64,000 nt of DNA from Candidatus Binatia bacterium (GTDB lineage Bacteria > Desulfobacterota > Binatia > UBA9968 > JAJDTQ01): assembly GCA_963666515.2 (NCBI GenBank), contig OY762897.2, positions 448,001 through 512,000 of the forward strand. Direction: 5' to 3'. The stretch's first letter is position 1. Every line of letters starts with the position of its first letter. This document shows positions 58,414 to 64,000 of the stretch, piece after piece. The position numbers and the translations under genes were made by a program. A model generated the notes under the pieces. That model ran no database searches. It worked only from the letters and a program-made list of their open reading frames with translations, and was not told the origin of the DNA.

Positions 58414-59291
58414 AGCACTTCGATTACCTGGAACCCGGCACCGTGGACGAAGCCTGCGGCCTGCTCAAGCAGTACAACGGCAACGCCCGCGTGTTTGCCG
58501 GCGGCAGCTCCCTCACGATCCTGCTCAAGCAGGGTTTCCTGCAGCCCGACGCGCTGATCAACATCAAGAAGATCGACGAGCTGCGGCGCATCGAGGAGTC
58601 CGGCGACGATTTGGTCATCGGCGCGCTGGTGACGCACCACGACATCGAGACGTCGAGCCTGCTGGCCGAGCGCCTGCCGGTGCTGTGCGAGCTGGAGCAC
58701 GACGTGGCCAACATCCGGGTGCGCAACATGGCCACGGTGGGCGGCAACATCGCCTCGGGAGAGCCATTGACCGATCTGCCGTGTGTGTTCATCACCCTGG
58801 ACGCCACGGTGCGCATCGCCAACACCTCGGGCGGCCGTACGCTGCCGCTGGAAGATGTCTTCCTGGACTACTACGAGACGCAGTTGGGAGAGGACGAGGT
58901 GCTGACCCACGTGGTGATCCCGGCGCTGCCGGCCCGCAGCGCCATCGACTACGTCCGCTTCTCCAGCAGCTCGGTGGTGGACAAGCCCTGCATCGGCGTG
59001 GCCGTTCGCATGTCTGTGGAACCGGACGGCGGCGCCTGCCGGGAGGTTCGAATCGGGCTGGGCTGCGTCGCCCCCACGCCCATGCGCGCTCGCAACGCCG
59101 AGGCGGCGCTGGAGGGACAACCGCTAAACGACGAGAACCTGCAGAAGGCGGCCCGCGCCGCCGCCGAAGAATGCGACCCCATGGACGACCTGCGTGGCTC
59201 GGAGCGCTACAAGCGCGAGATGGTGGCGGCGCTGGTGCGGCGGCTCGCGTCCAGGGTGTACGAACAGGCGCGGGACCACGGAAACTCGTAG
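58410..59291 (+). CDS. molybdo-hydroxylase FAD-binding subunit (CoxM-like)
   Basis: TTG start overlapping the UbiD stop; FDYLEP-TVDEA, AGGS, RNMATVGGN, DDLRGS--YKR. Confidence 0.9.
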   Translation: MKHFDYLEPGTVDEACGLLKQYNGNARVFAGGSSLTILLKQGFLQPDALINIKKIDELRRIEESGDDLVIGALVTHHDIETSSLLAERLPVLCELEHDVANIRVRNMATVGGNIASGEPLTDLPCVFITLDATVRIANTSGGRTLPLEDVFLDYYETQLGEDEVLTHVVIPALPARSAIDYVRFSSSSVVDKPCIGVAVRMSVEPDGGACREVRIGLGCVAPTPMRARNAEAALEGQPLNDENLQKAARAAAEECDPMDDLRGSERYKREMVAALVRRLASRVYEQARDHGNS

Positions 59292-59337
59292 GGGGCGGGT
59301 AGCTGGGACCGGAAACAGACGGAGAGGATTTCGCGGC

Positions 59338-59799
59338 ATGAAGAAGGCCATCACCATGGAGGTCAACGGCGCGTCCTGCGAGGTGGAGGTGGAGCCTTGG
59401 CGCACGCTGCTGGACGTGGTGCGGGAAGAGCTGGACCTCACTGGCGCGAAGCTCGGCTGTGACATCCAGGTGTGCGGCGCCTGCACGCTCCTGGTGGACG
59501 GCAAGCCGGTGAGCGCCTGCTCTGTGCTGGCGGTGGACGCCGACGGCCGCAAGGTCACCACGGTGGAGGGGCTGGCGGACGGCGACCGTCTGCATCCGCT
59601 GCAGGAGTCGTTCATGAAGTTCGGGGCTTTGCAGTGCGGCTACTGCACTTCCGGGTTCCTGCTCACCGCCAAGGCCATGCTGGACGAGAATCCCCACCCC
59701 GACGACGAACAGATCAAGAGCTACATGGGCGGCAGCTTCTGCCGCTGCGGCTGCTACCAGGAGATCATGCAGGCCATCCGCGGCGTGGCCCAGGGTTAG
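59338..59799 (+). CDS. molybdo-hydroxylase 2Fe-2S subunit (CoxS-like)
   Basis: GCDIQVCGACT, SAC, QCGYCT, CRCGCY. Confidence 0.92.
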   Translation: MKKAITMEVNGASCEVEVEPWRTLLDVVREELDLTGAKLGCDIQVCGACTLLVDGKPVSACSVLAVDADGRKVTTVEGLADGDRLHPLQESFMKFGALQCGYCTSGFLLTAKAMLDENPHPDDEQIKSYMGGSFCRCGCYQEIMQAIRGVAQG

Positions 59800-59836
59800 A
59801 GCGCGGGGATGGCGTGATGTTCCAAAGGAGCGTGTC

Positions 59837-62149
59837 ATGGCGATAAGCGAGAGGCCGCTGAGCGCCCAGGACGGACAACGGCTGGACTACCAAGCCAAGC
59901 TCACGGGGCGGGCCGCTTACCTGGCGGACATGAAGATGGCGGGGGTGTGCGAGGGAGCCATCCTGCGCAGCCCGGTGGCGCACGCGTGGATACGCTACGT
60001 GGACGCGTCCGAGGCTCTCAAGGTGCCGGGGGTGGTGGCGGTCTACACCAAGGACGACGTGGTCCAGGGGACCGGCATCGAGCCCTACTACGGGCCGGTG
60101 TTCAAGGACCAGACCATCGTGGCGGTGGACAAGGTGCGGCACGTGGGCGACCCGGTGGCCGCGGTGGCGGCGGAGACCCGGGAAGCAGCCGAGGAGGCTG
60201 CCAATCTCATCGTCGTGGAGTACGAGGACCTGCCGCCGGTGATGGACGTGCGCGACTCGGTGAAGGAGGACGCCACGCTGGTGCACGAGACCGTGCGCAT
60301 ACCGGAGCACGGCTTTGCCGACCTGGCGGAGTTGAAGCCCATCGAGAACACCAACGTCTGCACCCATTTCAAGCTGCGCAAGGGCGACATCGAGCAGGGC
60401 TTCGCGGAGTGCGCCCACGTCTTCGAGGACACCTTCATCCTGCCCACCACACAGCACGTGGCGCTGGAGCCCCACGGCTGTATCGCGGCGTTCCAGCCGG
60501 ACGGGCGCGTGAACCTGTGGTCCACCACTCAGAACCCGTTCGTGGTGCGCACCCAGCTCGCCAACATCTTCAAGATGCCGGTGTCGAAGATACGCATCAT
60601 GGTGCCGTATCTCGGCGGCGGCTACGGCAGCAAGGTCTATCCCAAGATCGAGCCCCTCACCATGGCGCTGGCGCAGAAGGCCAAGCGTCCGGTACGCATC
60701 CTGCTGAGCCGGGAAGAGGTGTTCTACACGGTGACCAAGCACGCCGCGTTCATCCGCATGAAGACCGGGGTCAGGGCCGACGGCAGCTTCCACGCGCGGG
60801 AGGCGGAGGTTTTCCTGGACACCGGCGCCTTCGCGGAGATCGGTCCGCGAGTGGCGAAGAAGTCCGCCTACACCGCGGCCGGGCCCTACAAGTTCAAGCA
60901 CGTGAAGATCGACGCCAAGTCGGTGTACACCAACAAGCCGCCGGCCGGGGCGTTTAGGGGCTTCGGCGTGTCCCAGTCGGCGTGGGCCAGCGAGTCGCAG
61001 ACCGACATCATCGCCAAGGCGCTGGGCCGGGACCCCTACGAGCTGCGGATGCAGAACATCTACGACGAGGGCGACGAGTTCGTCACCGGCGAGAAGCTCT
61101 GGAGCATCGGCGTCAAGGGATGCCTGGAGAAGGTCGCACAGGAGATGAAGTGGGGCGAGCCCATGCCGGCGCCGGACGACCCGTCCAAGGTGCGCGGCAG
61201 GGGGCTGGCGGCGCTCATCAAGGCCACCATTACCCCGTCCATCTCGTGCGCTGCCATCAAGCTCAACGAGGACGGCAGCGTCAACGTGTTCACCAGCACG
61301 GTGGAGATGGGCCAGGGCTCGGACACGGCCATGGCCGCCATCGTGGCGGACACGCTGGGCATACCCCTGGAGCAGGTCTCGGTGCTGGGAGTGGACACGG
61401 ACGTGGTGCCCTACGACCTCACCACCTCGTCGAGCCGCTCCACTTTCCATATGGGCAAGGCCCTGGAGCTGGCGTCCCTGGACCTGTGCGAGCAGCTCCG
61501 CAGGTTCGTCTCCGAGGAGCACGGTGTGCCGTTCGAGGAGACGCGTATGGAGGGCGGCAGGGTCCTTTTCCGCGAGAACGCGCTGACCATCCGCGAGGTG
61601 CTGTTCAACCATTTCGGCATGCAGGGGGGCACGCTGGTGGGCCGGGGCGAGGTGAAGACCAGCACCGTGGACCCGGAGACCGGCGACAAGACCACCTCGT
61701 CCTTCTGGTTCGTGGGCGCCGGCGGCAGCGAAGTGGAGATCGACAAGGACACCGGCCGGCTGCGGGTGCTGAAGCACGCCACCGCGGTGGACGTGGGGCG
61801 GGTCATCACGCCCCTGGGCTGCCAGCAGCAACTCGTGGGCGGGGCCATCACCGGCCTGGGGCAGGCCTTGTTCGAGCAGATGGTGTGGGACAACGGGATA
61901 CTGGTCAACCCCAACCTGGTGGACTACGTGCTGCCGGCCCTGGGCGACATGCCCGACGAGATTACGCCCATCGCGGTGGAGGTGCCGCACAAGAACGGGC
62001 CGTTCGGCGCCAAGGGCATCGGCGAGACCTCGCTCATCCCGGTGGCGCCATCCATCGCCAACGCGGTGGACGACGCCGTGGGCGTGCGCATCAACGACCT
62101 GCCCGTGACCGCGGAGAAGATATTCCTGGGGATGCTCGACAAGTCTTGA
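59837..62149 (+). CDS. xanthine dehydrogenase-family molybdopterin-binding large subunit
   Basis: LEPH, GGGYGSK, AFRGFG, MGQG, SSRST, GAKGIGE. Confidence 0.92.
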   Translation: MAISERPLSAQDGQRLDYQAKLTGRAAYLADMKMAGVCEGAILRSPVAHAWIRYVDASEALKVPGVVAVYTKDDVVQGTGIEPYYGPVFKDQTIVAVDKVRHVGDPVAAVAAETREAAEEAANLIVVEYEDLPPVMDVRDSVKEDATLVHETVRIPEHGFADLAELKPIENTNVCTHFKLRKGDIEQGFAECAHVFEDTFILPTTQHVALEPHGCIAAFQPDGRVNLWSTTQNPFVVRTQLANIFKMPVSKIRIMVPYLGGGYGSKVYPKIEPLTMALAQKAKRPVRILLSREEVFYTVTKHAAFIRMKTGVRADGSFHAREAEVFLDTGAFAEIGPRVAKKSAYTAAGPYKFKHVKIDAKSVYTNKPPAGAFRGFGVSQSAWASESQTDIIAKALGRDPYELRMQNIYDEGDEFVTGEKLWSIGVKGCLEKVAQEMKWGEPMPAPDDPSKVRGRGLAALIKATITPSISCAAIKLNEDGSVNVFTSTVEMGQGSDTAMAAIVADTLGIPLEQVSVLGVDTDVVPYDLTTSSSRSTFHMGKALELASLDLCEQLRRFVSEEHGVPFEETRMEGGRVLFRENALTIREVLFNHFGMQGGTLVGRGEVKTSTVDPETGDKTTSSFWFVGAGGSEVEIDKDTGRLRVLKHATAVDVGRVITPLGCQQQLVGGAITGLGQALFEQMVWDNGILVNPNLVDYVLPALGDMPDEITPIAVEVPHKNGPFGAKGIGETSLIPVAPSIANAVDDAVGVRINDLPVTAEKIFLGMLDKS

Positions 62150-62217
62150 TACACATTTGTACTAAACCAAACCGACCCTGAGACGAACCAATCGTAGTGG
62201 GGCAAGGAGGAACCAGC

Positions 62218-62988
62218 ATGAAGCTCAAAGACCGTGTGGCGATCATTACCGGATCGGGCCGCAACATCGGCGAGGCCGCCGCCAAGCTGTTCGCCTCGGA
62301 AGGGGCCAAGATATGCATCGTGGACATGGACCCGGGGCGCGGCGAGAAGGTCGTCGGCGACCTCAAGGCCGCCGGCCACGAGGCCATCTACGCCAAGTGC
62401 AACGTCGCCGACACCGAAGACGTGAAGGCCATGGTGAATGCCACGGTGGACGCCTTCGGCGGCATCGACATCCTGGTCAACAACGCCGCCATCACCGACC
62501 ACGAGACCATCTTCAGCATCTCCGAGGAGGAGTGGGACTTGGTCATCGACGTGACCCTCAAGGGGCCGTTCCTGGTGGGGCGGTACGTGGCCGAGCAGAT
62601 GGTCAAGCAGGGCAGGGGTGGCGTCATCGTCAACGTGGCGTCGACGTCGGGCCTCTCCGGCCGCACCGACGCCATCGCCTACATGGCGGCCAAGGGCGGG
62701 GTGGTGAACCTCTCCCGCGGCATGGCGGTGCAGCTCTCTCAGTACAACATCCGGGTCAACTGCCTGACCCCTAACCGTTCGGGCTCGCCCGTGGGCCAGG
62801 ACGAGGGCGCCGAGGGCCGGGAGTTCAAGAACCTGGCGGGACGGCTGGGCACGGCAGAGGACCAGGCCAAGGCCATGCTGTTCCTGGCCAGCGACGACTC
62901 CGGCTTCGTGTGGGGCGAGAACCTCATCTGCGACGGCGGCGTCACCGCGGCCTCGAACTTCCCCAAGGAGCGGCTGCCGGCCAACTGA
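62218..62988 (+). CDS. short-chain dehydrogenase/reductase
   Basis: AGGAGG RBS; TGSGRNIG, NNAA, YMAAK, IRVNCL. Confidence 0.92.
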   Translation: MKLKDRVAIITGSGRNIGEAAAKLFASEGAKICIVDMDPGRGEKVVGDLKAAGHEAIYAKCNVADTEDVKAMVNATVDAFGGIDILVNNAAITDHETIFSISEEEWDLVIDVTLKGPFLVGRYVAEQMVKQGRGGVIVNVASTSGLSGRTDAIAYMAAKGGVVNLSRGMAVQLSQYNIRVNCLTPNRSGSPVGQDEGAEGREFKNLAGRLGTAEDQAKAMLFLASDDSGFVWGENLICDGGVTAASNFPKERLPAN

Positions 62989-63077
62989 CCGGCCTCGCGG
63001 TGGATGTGGAGCGGCTGCCGGGGTCGGCGGAGCCGCGCGCGTATCGGCGAAAGTGCGCAGCTTCATTGCGACATCTC

Positions 63078-63107
63078 TTGACATCCGTTCGCGGCTTCGC
63101 ATAGTGT
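63078..63107 (+). promoter_or_regulatory. putative sigma70 promoter of the dctP-like gene
   Basis: TTGACA followed after 16-18 bp by CATAGT/TAGTGT. Confidence 0.4.
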
Positions 63108-63166
63108 CGGCGGCGAAACACTCACCGTGTCAGGGTACAGGCCACTGACAACAGAAGGGGGAGGCC

Positions 63167-64000
63167 ATGAAAGCAATATTTGGATCGTTGACGATCTTTG
63201 TGATGGCGGCGTTCGTGCTCGTGACGGGAGCGGCAGTTCCGCAGGACGCCGAAGCCAAGATCATCCTCAAGATCCCGACCCAGTCCGCCCGCCCGGGAAC
63301 CCCGCGCGCCGACTATCTCGTGCGCTTCGAGAAGGGCGTGGAGAAACGGACCAACGGCGCGATCGACGTCCAGATCTTCTGGGCCAACTCCCTAGTGCAC
63401 GCCAAGGAAGCCCTGGAAGCGGTGCAGTTGGGGACGGCGGACATGGCCGATCTGGCGGTCGGGTATTTTTCCGACAAGATCCGGCTGCTTCAGGTTGCGG
63501 GCCTGCCCTTTTCCGTCGCTGATCCAGTGGAGTCATGGCAAGGCATAGAGCGCGTCCTCAAGCAGGTTCCGGAGGCGCGCGCCGAGTTGACGAAGTTCGG
63601 CCACGTCATCGTGGGCATGGCCGCCACGGCGAGCTACCAGCTCGTGGCCCACGATCCTATCACCAACCTGGCGGAGCTCAAGGGCAAGAAGGTCGGCACC
63701 TTCGGCCGCATCGCGCCAAAGGCCATCAAGGCAGGGGGCGGGATTCCGGTGAGCACCACCGGCGGCGAGATGTACGAGGCGTTGCAGCGCAAGACCATCG
63801 ACGCGCGCATCCTCTCCTTCGAGGCGGCCCAGCGGTTCAAGACCTACGAGGTGGCCAAGTACATGAGCCGCATCGAGATGGGCTGCATCGCCGGCGTCAC
63901 CATGTTCACCATCAACCAGAGAAAGTGGGACGGTCTCTCGAAGGAGCACCAGAAGATCATTCTGGACGAGGCCGACAAGGCCGGCAGGTGGGAAGCCCAG
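63167..64000 (+). CDS. dctP: TRAP transporter solute-binding protein (DctP family); 3' end outside window
   Basis: GGAGG RBS; signal peptide MKAIFGSLTIFVMAAFVLV...AEA; EKRTNGAIDVQIF, LPF, ELKGKK, EMYEALQRKTIDA. Absent from the ORF track because it has no stop in the window. Confidence 0.85.
   Translation, partial: MKAIFGSLTIFVMAAFVLVTGAAVPQDAEAKIILKIPTQSARPGTPRADYLVRFEKGVEKRTNGAIDVQIFWANSLVHAKEALEAVQLGTADMADLAVGYFSDKIRLLQVAGLPFSVADPVESWQGIERVLKQVPEARAELTKFGHVIVGMAATASYQLVAHDPITNLAELKGKKVGTFGRIAPKAIKAGGGIPVSTTGGEMYEALQRKTIDARILSFEAAQRFKTYEVAKYMSRIEMGCIAGVTMFTINQRKWDGLSKEHQKIILDEADKAGRWEAQ

Noticed and set aside
58410-62149. Aerobic CO dehydrogenase or 4-hydroxybenzoyl-CoA reductase
   Set aside because: The loop is AFRGFG, not AYRCSFR (form I) or AYRGAGR (form II); the FAD subunit is short and shows no HcrB-type Cys-rich insertion.

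Overview
High-GC bacterial chromosome segment, about 50 CDS, with no rRNA, tRNA or CRISPR array seen. The backbone is catabolic and transport genes: nine amidohydrolase-superfamily enzymes (three in tandem), an amidase, two alpha/beta hydrolases, a thiolase-like/DUF35 pair, a UbiD-coxM/S/L-like molybdo-hydroxylase operon plus an orphan Mo subunit, an HpaB-like monooxygenase next to a sulfotransferase and MFS exporter, an arylsulfotransferase, class I fumarase, a GH65 enzyme, many solute-binding proteins, and a GSMT-SDMT betaine methyltransferase fusion with a diverged SDMT duplicate. By inference only, this content resembles marine or sponge-associated Deltaproteobacteria-like lineages. An accessory island at about 37.2-42.9 kb carries an orphan HicB, an unannotated 45-aa basic ORF, an RNase J-like beta-CASP nuclease coupled to an AT-rich RecB-type PD-(D/E)XK nuclease (best candidate for an undescribed defence system), Xre/RES and RHH/MazF toxin-antitoxin pairs, an IS-end remnant and an NTPase-nuclease. 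A second NTPase-nuclease, preceded by three 15-bp repeats, splits an ABC operon. Two REP-like repeat families are present, and one REP hairpin is interrupted by a 193-bp MITE with a GAAA target duplication. All protein calls rest on motif recognition, not database searches.
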